A stretch of 64,000 nt of DNA from Pseudomonadota bacterium (GTDB lineage: Bacteria; Desulfobacterota; Binatia; Binatales; Binataceae), in the NCBI GenBank assembly GCA_021323945.1, contig JAJPKA010000018.1:372453-436452 (forward strand), read 5' to 3'. The first letter of the stretch is position 1, and each line of letters opens with the position of its first letter. Under the pieces are notes generated by a model, which was not told the origin of the DNA, made no database searches, and saw only the letters and a program-made list of their open reading frames with translations. This document shows, one piece after another, positions 19,253 through 29,468 of this stretch. The position numbers were made by a program, and so were the translations under genes.

Positions 19253-19690
19253 TTACGCCGATGCGGCTTGTTTTGAGGCGGCTGGCCGTATGGTTAAAAC
19301 CGGGCAGAGCGCTTCGCGCAGGACCTTTTCGGCAACGCTGCCGAGGACGACGCGAGCAAGACCTTTTCGGCCATGTGTGGCCATCACAATCAGATCGGCG
19401 CCGAGTTCATCTGCCATCTGAATCGTCAACGCAGCTGGATCACCTTCGCGAACCAATAGGTCATGGATGATCTGATCGCCAAGCTGACTGCGAGCAAAAT
19501 GTTCCAGGTTGCGGCGCGCCAGCTCGGCAACTGGCGGATACGGTTCAGTGGCAACCCCATAGAGGTTGGGGATGACATGCAGCAGGTAAAGCGTGCCACC
19601 CAGATCCAATATCTTGTAGGCGAAGTGCAGCGCTGCAGCAGAATTCTGGTCAAAATCGACCGGGCACAGGATCTTTTTAAATTGAAGCAT
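19253..19690 (-). CDS. Universal stress protein (USP)
   Basis: KKILCPVDF, GDPA and DLIVMATHGR.G...GSVAEKV. Confidence 0.93.
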   Translation of the reverse strand: MLQFKKILCPVDFDQNSAAALHFAYKILDLGGTLYLLHVIPNLYGVATEPYPPVAELARRNLEHFARSQLGDQIIHDLLVREGDPAALTIQMADELGADLIVMATHGRKGLARVVLGSVAEKVLREALCPVLTIRPAASKQAASA

Positions 19691-19809
19691 ATAACTCTCT
19701 CCTATCGAGTGCTTGCATGGCTAAGGTTTTGGCTCACAACCGAACCCGTCCTTTCGGCTCAAAGATGAGGGAAACCATTTGGGCGCACGCCATGCATGTC
19801 TGCTACACG

Positions 19810-20811
19810 TCACTTTGCGAAGCCTTGAGCGAGAACTTGAAGGCTTGGGCGACTACCAATTGCCACCAATAAGTCACCCGGCTGGATTTCGGTGCGCGCA
19901 TCGGGGACTAGGGTCATTGGTTCCGATCCCCGCTTCAGGCCAACAATTCTGAGGCGGTCGGCGTTATGCTCCAGGCTGCCGATCGTTCTTCCAGCCAGAC
20001 TGCTTCCGGGCTCAACTCGCACTTCTTCGAGCCCAAATTCTTCCGGGCGAAGACCAGGCAGCAGCAGATCGAGAAAGTCGACCACCGAGGGACGAGCGAT
20101 CGTGTTAGCGATGCGCATCGCACTCCAATGATAGGAAGAGATGGGTTGATCGACACCAGCGAGCTGAAGATGCTTGAGGCCTAATTCGGATTCGGCTCTG
20201 GCATGGATGCGGATATGGGGATTACGGTTTCTGGCTGACAGTGCAATGAAGACGTTGTCGGGATCGGATGCCGTCGCGATCACAATTGCGCTCGCGGTGT
20301 CGATGCCAGCCCGCGCGAGCGTGTGTTCCTCCAGCGCCGAGCCGAGAACGTAGGGCTCGCCCGTCTGCGCGAGGATGTCCTCTTTTTCCGGGTCTTTCTC
20401 AATTATAACCAGCGTGGTGGCGTGACGGCGTAATTCCTCGACCACCACCCGGCCGAAACGGCCATAACCACATACGATGACATGTCGGCGAAGCCGTTGA
20501 ATTTTATGCATCATTGCGCTGCGACCAATTAACTCCCGCAATTGGCCGCCAACCACCATTTCGGTGACGGCCGCCAGAACGTAATAGGCGGTGCCCACGC
20601 CGGTCAGGATAAGTGCAATTGTGAAAACCGTGCCTCGCGTATCGAGCGGTTTGACCTCTCCGTACCCCACGGTCGTAATCGTGATAACCGTCATAAAGAG
20701 GGCATCTTCGAACCGCATGCGCTCCAACAGCATATAGCCGCCCGTGCCAACCGCGATGAGCAACGCAATCAGGCCCAATGCGATTAGTAGCCGCTGTTTC
20801 CCCAACTCCAT
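19810..20811 (-). CDS. Potassium channel with RCK (TrkA-N/TrkA-C) domains
   Basis: TITTVGYG selectivity filter, CGYGRFG and C-terminal TrkA-C domain. Confidence 0.92.
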   Translation of the reverse strand: MELGKQRLLIALGLIALLIAVGTGGYMLLERMRFEDALFMTVITITTVGYGEVKPLDTRGTVFTIALILTGVGTAYYVLAAVTEMVVGGQLRELIGRSAMMHKIQRLRRHVIVCGYGRFGRVVVEELRRHATTLVIIEKDPEKEDILAQTGEPYVLGSALEEHTLARAGIDTASAIVIATASDPDNVFIALSARNRNPHIRIHARAESELGLKHLQLAGVDQPISSYHWSAMRIANTIARPSVVDFLDLLLPGLRPEEFGLEEVRVEPGSSLAGRTIGSLEHNADRLRIVGLKRGSEPMTLVPDARTEIQPGDLLVAIGSRPSLQVLAQGFAK

Positions 20812-20922
20812 TACGGAGAGAGTTTACCGCCGAGCAAAGCGCGGCACGATCCCGCCACCATCTCACAGCAGGTTTGATTCCCGATATCCCAACAATTACT
20901 TAGGTTTGCTCTGCACCTTGAC

Positions 20923-20938
20923 AGCAAGTTGCCTGCCA
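20923..20938 (-). promoter_or_regulatory. Sigma54 promoter for the K-channel/usp unit
   Basis: Minus strand TGGCAGGCAACTTGCT, near consensus. Confidence 0.7.
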
Positions 20939-21040
20939 GGTTGATGCCGGGAAACGGGATCGCGGTTGGACTGGCGACGGGGCTAGCTGCGAAGCGAGGC
21001 GTTTGAGTTTCGATGACACGAACGAAGTGGCGAGCCACGG

Positions 21041-21057
21041 TGGCGCTTCAGGCTACA
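21041..21057. promoter_or_regulatory. Putative enhancer (UAS) site
   Basis: TGGCGC-TTCAG-GCTACA, about 103 bp from the -24 element at 20938. Confidence 0.5.
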
Positions 21058-21435
21058 TGTTCGCTCTCTGTAAACGGTCTTTCTAGAGACTTGAGTTATC
21101 CTGAACCAGAAAACTGCTACATGGGGCGGCGCGTCGAAGTGCACGAAATGTTGCCAGGGGATACATCTTTGAGCTGCATCCACCGATACGCCTCTTTGAG
21201 CGGATGGAAAGATGTGGCCGCCGCGATTTCGTTAGCCGGAGTCGTTATTAACACGCCATCAACCGAAAGTGCGCCAGTTCTGCGTCCACCGGAAACGAAC
21301 AACCGTCGCCGCGGAAGACGGCTCCTCGGGTTCGGCGATCAGTACTCACGGTCGCCTGGGTTCGTGTTTCCGTAAGCGTAAAGGGTATGGTACGGTCCTT
21401 TTTCTACCGGATACTGACTCAGTAGCAAGCGACAA

Positions 21436-22995
21436 ATGTCTAGCGCCAAAGCCGTCAAACCGTCGGTCGCCGACGGAGAGATCCACCCTCGAGCAGGGCT
21501 ACCTCGTCACTTTCATTTGTTGTGGGATGAGGACCTCGAAGAAATGCGTCCCATCTTCCGAGCGATTCGCGATCGACGATCGGAAGTCATCGCTGGCTGG
21601 TACCAGCTCTATACCTTGCATTTCGGCGAGGCGCGTTCGCTGTCCGAGGCGGAGTTCTCTCGAATCTTCGAGCCGGCGCTTTTCCGCAACAAAAACGACC
21701 TGCTCGAAATGAACATGGATCGCTACGCCGGAGATGTCAGAAATCTGGGCAAGCTGTTGGCTGAGCGGGGCGTACCCCTTCAGGAAATAATCGCCTCCTT
21801 ACATCTTTTCGAGGAAGCTGCCCAGAGGGTATTTCCGGCTGAGCCACCGCTGACCCTGGAGACCTACGCCAAATTCGACAAGCTTAGCCATATTCGTATT
21901 ATTTTACTGGTCGACGCGTATCTTCGTGTTTGGTCCGCCGCGACTGGCACCAGAATCGACGGGCTCGAACGCGAGGCCGCTCAGCTGCCGCACGACGGGC
22001 GGAGCCGTTTTCACGGCATAGTCGGTGCTTCGCCGTTGATGCGCGAGCTCTACAAAAGAATAGAAGCGGCGGCGAAAACCCGTGGAACCGTCCTAATCGT
22101 AGGGGAAAGTGGCACGGGAAAGGAGCTGGTTGCCCGCGCACTGCACGAAGCCGGGAGCAGAAGCAAAGCGCCATTTATTGCGTTTAACTGTGCTGCGATT
22201 CCTAAGGATCTGATCGAAAGCGAATTGTTCGGCTACAAACGAGGCGCTTTCAGCGGTGCCAATACCGAATATCCTGGGCTTTTCCGCGCCGCCGAGGGCG
22301 GGACGCTGTTCCTCGATGAAATTACCGAGATGGGGGCGGAAACGCAGACTAAACTCTTGCGAGCGATCCAGGAACGCTCGGTACGGCCCGTGGGCTCGAC
22401 GCGGGAAATCCCTGTAGACGTGCGTCTGATCGCATCGACCAATCGCGATCCGGAGGCTGCTGTGCGTTCCCATTTCCTGCGCGCGGACCTTTATTACAGG
22501 CTCCAGGCCAATGTGCTGCGCGTTCCACCGCTTCGCGAGCGATTAGATGACATACCCCTGCTGGTTGACCATTTTATCAGCGTCTTCAATGAGCGACTTG
22601 GCCGTGGCATTGTCACGGCCGGCATCGAGGAGCGCGCGCTCCGTGCTCTGTCACAGTACCGCTGGCCCGGTAACGTTCGCGAACTCGCCAATGCTATCGA
22701 GAGTGCCATGACTTTCGGCAGTGAGGCGCTGATTCGATTGGAGGATTTGCCGGAAACCATTAACAGGGCGCAATCGTCGAGCCGAACTACTTCGCGGTCG
22801 TCGGCTTCGGCGTCGAATTTAGCTACCTTTGCTGAGGTTGAGCGTGATTTAATTTCACGTGCCCTCGAGGCTTGTCAGTGGAACAAGGTTCAGGCTGCGG
22901 CTATGCTCAAGATCTCCCGCAAGAAGCTTTACGCGAAGATCAACAAGTATCGACTCGAGCGGCCCGCAAGAGCGGGTAGTGGCCAAGCGGAATGA
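21436..22995 (+). CDS. Sigma54-dependent enhancer-binding protein with N-terminal helical globin/RsbRD-like sensor domain
   Basis: GESGTGKE, ESELFGY.RGAFSGA, LFLDEI, WPGNVREL and C-terminal Fis HTH; no receiver domain. Confidence 0.92.
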   Translation: MSSAKAVKPSVADGEIHPRAGLPRHFHLLWDEDLEEMRPIFRAIRDRRSEVIAGWYQLYTLHFGEARSLSEAEFSRIFEPALFRNKNDLLEMNMDRYAGDVRNLGKLLAERGVPLQEIIASLHLFEEAAQRVFPAEPPLTLETYAKFDKLSHIRIILLVDAYLRVWSAATGTRIDGLEREAAQLPHDGRSRFHGIVGASPLMRELYKRIEAAAKTRGTVLIVGESGTGKELVARALHEAGSRSKAPFIAFNCAAIPKDLIESELFGYKRGAFSGANTEYPGLFRAAEGGTLFLDEITEMGAETQTKLLRAIQERSVRPVGSTREIPVDVRLIASTNRDPEAAVRSHFLRADLYYRLQANVLRVPPLRERLDDIPLLVDHFISVFNERLGRGIVTAGIEERALRALSQYRWPGNVRELANAIESAMTFGSEALIRLEDLPETINRAQSSSRTTSRSSASASNLATFAEVERDLISRALEACQWNKVQAAAMLKISRKKLYAKINKYRLERPARAGSGQAE

Positions 22996-23134
22996 GTTTT
23001 TGCAAAGACTCCTGTGGCGGCATGGCTCGACAAGCAGACTTGGTCGAAAGCATTTCAGACGCTGGTGACCGCTGACTCGTTGGCAGAGACTCGTGGATCA
23101 AGACTAGGGCCGAAGCACGGGCAAATCTGCATGC

Positions 23135-25387
23135 TCAGGCCGCCTCGGCAGTGCGGCCGTTGCCGCTGCCAACATGCAACCCAGGGCCGCGAACGATATG
23201 AGCGTAGGTCTTGAGCCCAGCGATCACCAGCGGCAGGACACCGAGGACGATAAAGACCAGGTCGGCTGGAAGTCGCAGCCACTCAATAACGTGCATCGGT
23301 CCTGAGAGCTCAAATGCGGCGCTACGTGCGTGCCAGTAGCCGTTTTCAATCGCGTCATAGAGTTGATAGACGCCACCTGGAAACAGCGTCAGCAACACCA
23401 TCAGGGCGAGTCCGGCGTTGAGGCCCCAGAAGGACACACGTATGTACTTCTCCAGGCCAGGCCAGGCTGAATCTGGGGTTAGGTGGCGCAAGGCGAACAC
23501 CATCATTGCCACGGCCAGCATTCCAAAGACGCCCATCATGGCAGCATGGCCGTGATTCGGGGTAAGCATGGTGCCCACCTCGAAGTAACTAACTATGGGT
23601 AAATTGATAAGAAAGCCGAAAACCCCGGCACCGACGAAGTTCCAGAATCCTACGGCCATCAGAAAGTAGAAGGTCCACCTGTGAGGCATTCCGATCTGCT
23701 CTCCGCAGATTCCGCATTGACCAGAAGTCAGCTTGATGAAGTCCCAGGCATCAAGCGTCAGCAGTGTCAGCGGAACCACCTCCATGGCCGAGAAGGTCGC
23801 ACCGAGCGCCATTGTGAGTTCGTTCTGGCCGGTAAAATACCAGTGGTGACCCGTGCCAATAACACCGCTGCCGAGATATAAGAGTGCGTCAAGGTAGACG
23901 ACGCGCGTGGCAGTCACGTTGGATACAATGCCGAGCTCGTAAAAGATGAGTGCTACAGCCGCGGTTGCGAACAGTTCGAGGAAATTCTCCACCCATAAGT
24001 GGATGATCCAGAAGCGCCATAGGTCAACCACCGCGTAATTGGTGCGCACGGTGTAGAAAAAGGCAGGAAGGTAGAAAACGGGGATAGCCGTTGCCGAGCA
24101 TAGAAACAGCCGCGGCATCTCGCCATGGACCCTCTCAGTTAATGCCGGTCTTGCCGCTCGGTAAAGCAGAAAAACCCAGAAAAGAAGTCCGGCGGCCAGC
24201 AGTATTTGCCATGCGCGGCCCAGGTCGAGATATTCCCAGCCCTGGTCGCCAAACCATGGCCAGAGGCTTCCAATCAATCCCCGCACTCCGAGCCATTCGC
24301 CGATGAGACTTCCAATCTGAACTACGACCAGTGCCCAGAAGAGCAGATCGACGAGGGTTTTCTGGCCCGGCGGCTCACGCCCACCGATTACCGGCGCGAG
24401 CAACAGGCCGCCGGCGACGTAAGCTGTCGCGATCCAGAAAATCGCCAATTGCAGGTGCCAGGTCCGCAGGACTTGGCTGGACAACAGCCAGGAAAGATCG
24501 AGGCCATAAAAGCTCGACGGGTCAGCGCGATAGTGCTCAGTGGCGCCACCGACCAGCACTTGTCCGGCCAACAGCAGAGCGACGAGCACGAAATACTTGA
24601 CGGTCGCAAGCTGGCTCGACGTCACTGATCCCTTTAGCATGCGAGGATGAACATGCTCCCCGGTCCGGCGCCATCCGAGAAAATCCCAGCGCCCGAAAGC
24701 GAACAGCACCACCGCCAAACCCGCCAACAAGCTTATCAAACTGAGTGCACTCCACAGGACAGCGGCGCCAGTCGGAGTGTTGCCCGCTTGAGGGTCAAAA
24801 GGAAAGTTGTTGGTGTAGGAATGTGATGTGCCGGGGCGGTCGGCCACCGACGCCCATGCCGCCCATGCAAAAAAGGCCGTTAGCTCACGGATCTCCCGAG
24901 CATCTCTAATGTAATTGCGGGGCAAGCCACCGTTATTGGACGGACGGGCAAAATACGAGCTCCAGTAGGCGATTTGCTGACGGAAGGAGTCGGCCTCGCC
25001 GCTGGTAAGTTGCAATGTGCCAGTGGTCGCATCATAGCGATTTTGTTTCAGTTGACGGCGTACCTCATCGGCAGATTTGTTGTGCTCCGACACCGTGAGC
25101 ACCAGATTATGAAGATAGAGCGCGGAGAAGTCAGGACCTAGGTACCCGCCATGTCCCCAGAGCGTGCCGTTTTCCATGAGACCGTGCCTCAAGAAAACTC
25201 CTTGACCCTCCAGGACATCGGAACCCGTGAACAGCAGGTTGCCGTCCGGTCCCACGACTCGCTCGGGAATAGGCGGCGCTTCTGTGTAGGTTCGTGCCGA
25301 CAGCCAGCTAAGAATCGTAAAAGCGACGACAATAGCGATGACTGTCGAGCGACGCCACCACGGAGACAGTATTTCGGTCTCAGGCAT
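23135..25387 (-). CDS. norZ: Quinol-dependent nitric oxide reductase (qNOR)
   Basis: GHGGYLGPDF, SYTNNFP, HLWVE..LELF, GTGHHWY and NHGHAAMMGVFG; about 750 aa. Confidence 0.93.
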   Translation of the reverse strand: MPETEILSPWWRRSTVIAIVVAFTILSWLSARTYTEAPPIPERVVGPDGNLLFTGSDVLEGQGVFLRHGLMENGTLWGHGGYLGPDFSALYLHNLVLTVSEHNKSADEVRRQLKQNRYDATTGTLQLTSGEADSFRQQIAYWSSYFARPSNNGGLPRNYIRDAREIRELTAFFAWAAWASVADRPGTSHSYTNNFPFDPQAGNTPTGAAVLWSALSLISLLAGLAVVLFAFGRWDFLGWRRTGEHVHPRMLKGSVTSSQLATVKYFVLVALLLAGQVLVGGATEHYRADPSSFYGLDLSWLLSSQVLRTWHLQLAIFWIATAYVAGGLLLAPVIGGREPPGQKTLVDLLFWALVVVQIGSLIGEWLGVRGLIGSLWPWFGDQGWEYLDLGRAWQILLAAGLLFWVFLLYRAARPALTERVHGEMPRLFLCSATAIPVFYLPAFFYTVRTNYAVVDLWRFWIIHLWVENFLELFATAAVALIFYELGIVSNVTATRVVYLDALLYLGSGVIGTGHHWYFTGQNELTMALGATFSAMEVVPLTLLTLDAWDFIKLTSGQCGICGEQIGMPHRWTFYFLMAVGFWNFVGAGVFGFLINLPIVSYFEVGTMLTPNHGHAAMMGVFGMLAVAMMVFALRHLTPDSAWPGLEKYIRVSFWGLNAGLALMVLLTLFPGGVYQLYDAIENGYWHARSAAFELSGPMHVIEWLRLPADLVFIVLGVLPLVIAGLKTYAHIVRGPGLHVGSGNGRTAEAA

Positions 25388-25691
25388 TAAACACTCTCCC
25401 GTAAAACTCACCGGAGTGAGCAACTGTCAGTGAGCAACCAGCTTATGAACCGCTCAACTAGTCGATACGCGGCGATTGATCCTTTTTCTACAACCCCAAC
25501 GCGCTAAACGGGTTGCGTATCAGATCAGCCTCGTTAGCTTGACCGCTCTCTGTCAAGCGCCTCATCAGCCCGGCTGTAGCTTCGGCTGACTTGAGCCTAC
25601 CAGATTGCTGAGCCGCTAGTTGGCCGAGCAAAAGCCGAACCTTTAATCTCCGCTCGAGCGCTGGCCGCGGCGACGGCTAGCGCAGGAGGGC

Positions 25692-25732
25692 TGGCGCCAA
25701 AAGACACAGAAACTATGGCGCCAATGGTCACA
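25692..25732. promoter_or_regulatory. Tandem putative UAS sites (24-bp period)
   Basis: TGGCGC-CAAAA-GACACA (25692-25708) and TGGCGC-CAATG-GTCACA (25716-25732), 100 bp before the sigma54 promoter. Confidence 0.55.
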
Positions 25733-25831
25733 TTGACTGGCGCTGATTGGCGGAGCTCGCCGCGGAGATCTGGATACTGTCCTGACCAATGATGCGGGTC
25801 TGACCACGCGTCGCTCCGACGCTTGAGCCGC

Positions 25832-25847
25832 TGGCACAGTAGCTGCT
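25832..25847 (+). promoter_or_regulatory. Sigma54 promoter for usp
   Basis: TGGCACAGTAGCTGCT, 37 nt before ATG 25884. Confidence 0.7.
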
Positions 25848-25883
25848 CATCCGGAACATAGAGACGAAATGGAGGCGGCCACA

Positions 25884-26345
25884 ATGCTCAAGCGGATTCT
25901 GTGCCCAGTCGATTTCCACAACAACTCATTGGAAGCACTGCGCCTCGCGCGTCGGCTCGCTGAAGAGAATAAGGCCAAACTGTATATGCTGCATGTTATC
26001 CCCCTGACCGACCCGACCGTCGTCTCCGCTCCCCTGTTTGCCGAGCAAGAGGCGGAAATTGCTCGCGCAGACCTTGCGAAAATCGCGCGCGAGGAACTGG
26101 CGGGCGTCGAGCACGAAACACTTCTGCGCTTCGGTCACCCGGCCAAGGAAATCGTTGCGGCCGAGCGCGACATCGATGCCGACCTGGTTGTCCTGGCAAC
26201 GCACGGCCGCACTGGTATTTCCCACCTCATTCTGGGCAGTGTTGCTGAGAGGGTGGTACGCGAATCAACCTGCCCGGTGCTAACCGTTCGAATGAAGGGC
26301 GCCAAAACGCTCGCAGACGAGGCATTGAACCGCCCGTCAGCCTGA
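25884..26345 (+). CDS. Universal stress protein (USP)
   Basis: KRILCPVDF and ATHGRTG...GSVAERVVR; RBS GGAGG. Confidence 0.93.
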   Translation: MLKRILCPVDFHNNSLEALRLARRLAEENKAKLYMLHVIPLTDPTVVSAPLFAEQEAEIARADLAKIAREELAGVEHETLLRFGHPAKEIVAAERDIDADLVVLATHGRTGISHLILGSVAERVVRESTCPVLTVRMKGAKTLADEALNRPSA

Positions 26346-26421
26346 ACAGGTCATCAACACTGGAGGCCTTGAAGCGACACTCGATGACCCGCTCGTGCTT
26401 CTTGTCGAGGAGGTGTCAACC

Positions 26422-27507
26422 GTGAAGTTTGGAATGTTGCATTTCTTTGAGCATCCTGCCGGAGGCAAGAGCGAACTCCAGGTAGTGAGAGAGCAGCTTG
26501 ATTGCATGCGCGCAGCTGAGGACATGGGTTTCGACTCGATCTGGGCGCCCGAGCACCATTTCACGGAGTATGGTTTCTGCGCTTCGCCGATGGTGACGTT
26601 GGCTGCAATATCATCGGTTACCAGGCGAATTCGTTTGGGGAGTGGCGTGGTCGTCCTGCCGTTTAACGATCCGGTTCGCGTGGCCGAGGAAAGCGCAATG
26701 CTCGACCTGATGAGCAACGGGCGACTCGAATTGGGTGTGGGTAGAGGCTTCCAACCGGTCGAGTATCGGGGCTTTGGGATCGACCAGTCCAAATCGCGCG
26801 ACGTATTCAGGGAGGCTCTTGAGGTGATCGTGCGCGCTTGGACAGAGGATGAGATAAGTTTTAAGGGGAAGCACTTCGACATCCCGCCACATTCGGTTCG
26901 GCCGAAGCCCCTCCAGAAACCGCATCCACCGATATGGGTTGCCGCAATCAGCGAGGAAACTTTTGCGTTGGCGGGTCAGTTGGGGTTCAACCTGCTCTGT
27001 TCTTTGGTTTATGGCTTCAAACAGGAACACACAGCTCAGCTTCTGACGAGCTATCGCGACAGCCTCCGCGCCCGTGGACCCGATCTTGGCCAACGAGAAA
27101 TTGGCGCGCTGTGCATGGTCTACTGTGCCGATTCGACCCACCAGGCGCGCCAGGACTTTGCTGGTCCAGTTCTCTGGTACTTTCGTACCATCGCGAATTA
27201 CGTAGCGCCCCCGGCATCTCAGCAATCCATACATGGTTACGAAGCCTATGGCCACATCCGCTACGCAGCACGAACAGTCCAGTGGGACGAACTTCTTGCT
27301 ACTGGAGCGGTGATATGCGGAAGCCCTGACTCCTGTATCCAGCAGATAGAGGAGCTGCAGCAGAGGTACGGTTTCACCCAGCTACTATGCTGGACGCGAC
27401 TGTCCGGCCTAGACCATCGAAAAGTTCTCAGAAGCATGGAGTTAATGCAGAGGCATGTGATTCCGTATTTTAAGCGGGGCTCGAGTCGTGCAGCCTCGCG
27501 TCCCTGA
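26422..27507 (+). CDS. LLM-class flavin-dependent oxidoreductase
   Basis: W.PEHHF, P.RVAEE.AMLD.MS.GRLELGVGRG and PKPLQKPHPP. Confidence 0.9.
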   Translation: MKFGMLHFFEHPAGGKSELQVVREQLDCMRAAEDMGFDSIWAPEHHFTEYGFCASPMVTLAAISSVTRRIRLGSGVVVLPFNDPVRVAEESAMLDLMSNGRLELGVGRGFQPVEYRGFGIDQSKSRDVFREALEVIVRAWTEDEISFKGKHFDIPPHSVRPKPLQKPHPPIWVAAISEETFALAGQLGFNLLCSLVYGFKQEHTAQLLTSYRDSLRARGPDLGQREIGALCMVYCADSTHQARQDFAGPVLWYFRTIANYVAPPASQQSIHGYEAYGHIRYAARTVQWDELLATGAVICGSPDSCIQQIEELQQRYGFTQLLCWTRLSGLDHRKVLRSMELMQRHVIPYFKRGSSRAASRP

Positions 27508-27604
27508 TGTGGCCCCGACCGGACAATGAACGCAGCCTGAGTGCGAACGGCCAGGGGCAAAAGGCTGCAGTTTGGGTCAACGCCAAAGGGTTTGAGGAGG
27601 AACA

Positions 27605-29107
27605 ATGGGACGGCTGGTGTTCGGTTTGTTAATGCCTGTGGTGCTAAGTTTGGTCTCTTCGCCCCGATCGGTCGCGTTAGCCGAAGGGGATCATACAAGC
27701 TCCAGCGCCGACCCCGTCTCGAGCCGTGACCGCGAGATTCAAGAGATAAAACGCGAAATCCGCCTATTGCAGCAACGAGTCGATGAACTTGAAGGTCAGA
27801 ATGAGCGGCTATGGAAGGCGAACACGGAGGCCAAGAGCAGCAGCGAAAAGTTTGAAGCCGCCACCACCCAGCAATTGCAGACGCTCCAGGGCCAGGTAGA
27901 TTCGGCCTCATCTCCGGCCTCTTTCGCAGAAGCTTTTAATCGCTACCTGGGCAATTACCGCTTTACGCTGGTGGGGGGTGCGGCAGGGAGTTTTATTTAC
28001 GATCGCCAGAACAACATCAACACCTTTGCACTCGACCTGGAGCCAATCATTCTCTGGCGGATCAGTGATCGCATGCTGTTCGAGGGAACTGTCGAGGCCA
28101 ACCTGCCGAGTGGTTCGAGTGCGGAGTATCAGCTTCCGGTCGCGACCTTACAGTATTTTCTCAACGATTACGCTGAATTAGAGCTCGGCATTTTCGATCA
28201 ACCCTTCGGCGATTGGTATGAGGATCAGAGCCCATTCTGGGTTAACCGTTTCATCACTGCGCCGCTGCCGTATGGTGCCAATGCGCTCGTTCCACCGACT
28301 GATGTTGGGTTGCAACTTCGTGGTGGTTTCCAATGGGGCGCAATGGGCCAGGTTGCCGACTACACACTATGGACGGCCAACGGCCCCGGCTTTAGTCAGG
28401 CGACCTGTACTGGCAACACCCCTCCTTCACCGCTACCGACCTGCACTCCTGAGGCTCTGGTTGGCGATACGCTTGTGTCAGTAAACAACATTCATCTGAA
28501 CACGCACACGCCCGCTTTCGGGGCCCGTTTCCGTATCTATCCCTTGCCGGTCGACTCGGACCTCGGACGGCTGGAACTCGGCGCCTCGACCTACGACGGC
28601 AAGTGGCTCAACGGATTTTGGCTCAACGCGTGGGGCGTTGATTTCAATTATTTCAAAGGCAATCTCCAGACTCGCGGCGAATGGCTGCAGACCTACCGGC
28701 AGATGCCGAACAGGATTGGCGCGGACAATCGCCAGGGTTGGTATATCCAGGCGGGCTATTTCTTGACGGGGCTGCGGCTACCTTTTCTGCCAGCCGAGGT
28801 TAATCAGCTTATCGATAAGCTCGAGCCTCTGGTCCGTTACTCGGGCATCAATCAGCGCGCTGCAGTTCAAAACGAGATTCTTACCACACCCGAGATCGGC
28901 TTCAATGGTTCGCCCGCTGTCTTCGCACCACATGCGCGTGAAATCGCGTTGGGCTTGGACTATTGGTTCGCGCCGTCAATCGTCTGGCAAAACGAGTTTG
29001 ACTTCGAGCTGCCGAGAGCAGGTGGCTTCTACAGCGATACGGGACGGGCTGTGGGAGCAACTCCTAACGATCGTGCTTTCCTGAGCCAGTTTGCGGTGGG
29101 TTTTTAG
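27605..29107 (+). CDS. Putative outer-membrane beta-barrel porin with N-terminal coiled coil
   Basis: Signal peptide, heptad-rich region, amphipathic strands and C-terminal QFAVGF. Confidence 0.75.
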   Translation: MGRLVFGLLMPVVLSLVSSPRSVALAEGDHTSSSADPVSSRDREIQEIKREIRLLQQRVDELEGQNERLWKANTEAKSSSEKFEAATTQQLQTLQGQVDSASSPASFAEAFNRYLGNYRFTLVGGAAGSFIYDRQNNINTFALDLEPIILWRISDRMLFEGTVEANLPSGSSAEYQLPVATLQYFLNDYAELELGIFDQPFGDWYEDQSPFWVNRFITAPLPYGANALVPPTDVGLQLRGGFQWGAMGQVADYTLWTANGPGFSQATCTGNTPPSPLPTCTPEALVGDTLVSVNNIHLNTHTPAFGARFRIYPLPVDSDLGRLELGASTYDGKWLNGFWLNAWGVDFNYFKGNLQTRGEWLQTYRQMPNRIGADNRQGWYIQAGYFLTGLRLPFLPAEVNQLIDKLEPLVRYSGINQRAAVQNEILTTPEIGFNGSPAVFAPHAREIALGLDYWFAPSIVWQNEFDFELPRAGGFYSDTGRAVGATPNDRAFLSQFAVGF

Positions 29108-29119
29108 GAGAGGGCGGAC

Positions 29120-29410
29120 ATGAGAGCAATCGTGAGCTTAGCCATCCTCATCGGTGCATTAAACATGAGTACTGCGGCGCGGGTCTGGGCTCGACCGGCG
29201 GAGTCATCAGGCGACGCCGAGCGGCGCGCACTTTTCCTGCGTGGCGCGCAGCTCTGGCCCGTGTATTGTAACACTTGTCATAACGCTCGCCCGGGCGCCG
29301 AATTTTCACCAGCCGAGTGGTCGATGATCATGATGCATATGCGGACGCAGGGAAACCTGCCGGCGAAGGACGCCCGCGCGATACTCGAGTACCTGAGGTC
29401 GTCGCGATAG
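29120..29410 (+). CDS. Small monoheme cytochrome c
   Basis: Signal peptide, CNTCH and W..IMMHMR. Confidence 0.85.
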   Translation: MRAIVSLAILIGALNMSTAARVWARPAESSGDAERRALFLRGAQLWPVYCNTCHNARPGAEFSPAEWSMIMMHMRTQGNLPAKDARAILEYLRSSR

Positions 29411-29468
29411 CCCGTTGCACGGCAATAATCCACGGTCCGTTTCGACGCTGCACAAACGGGGATAAATA

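Noticed and set aside
23135-25387. NO dismutase (Nod) instead of qNOR
   Set aside because: The FeB His pair (GTGHHWY) and HLWVE..LE are canonical; the Nod-type His->Asn substitution is absent.
25727-25737. NorR box GTCA-N3-TGAC
   Set aside because: Only one copy is present (NorR needs three), it overlaps the 17-bp UAS candidate, and the local activator has no GAF domain.
27605-29107. Cyc2-type fused cytochrome-porin
   Set aside because: The porin has no CxxCH; its only two Cys flank a Pro-rich loop.
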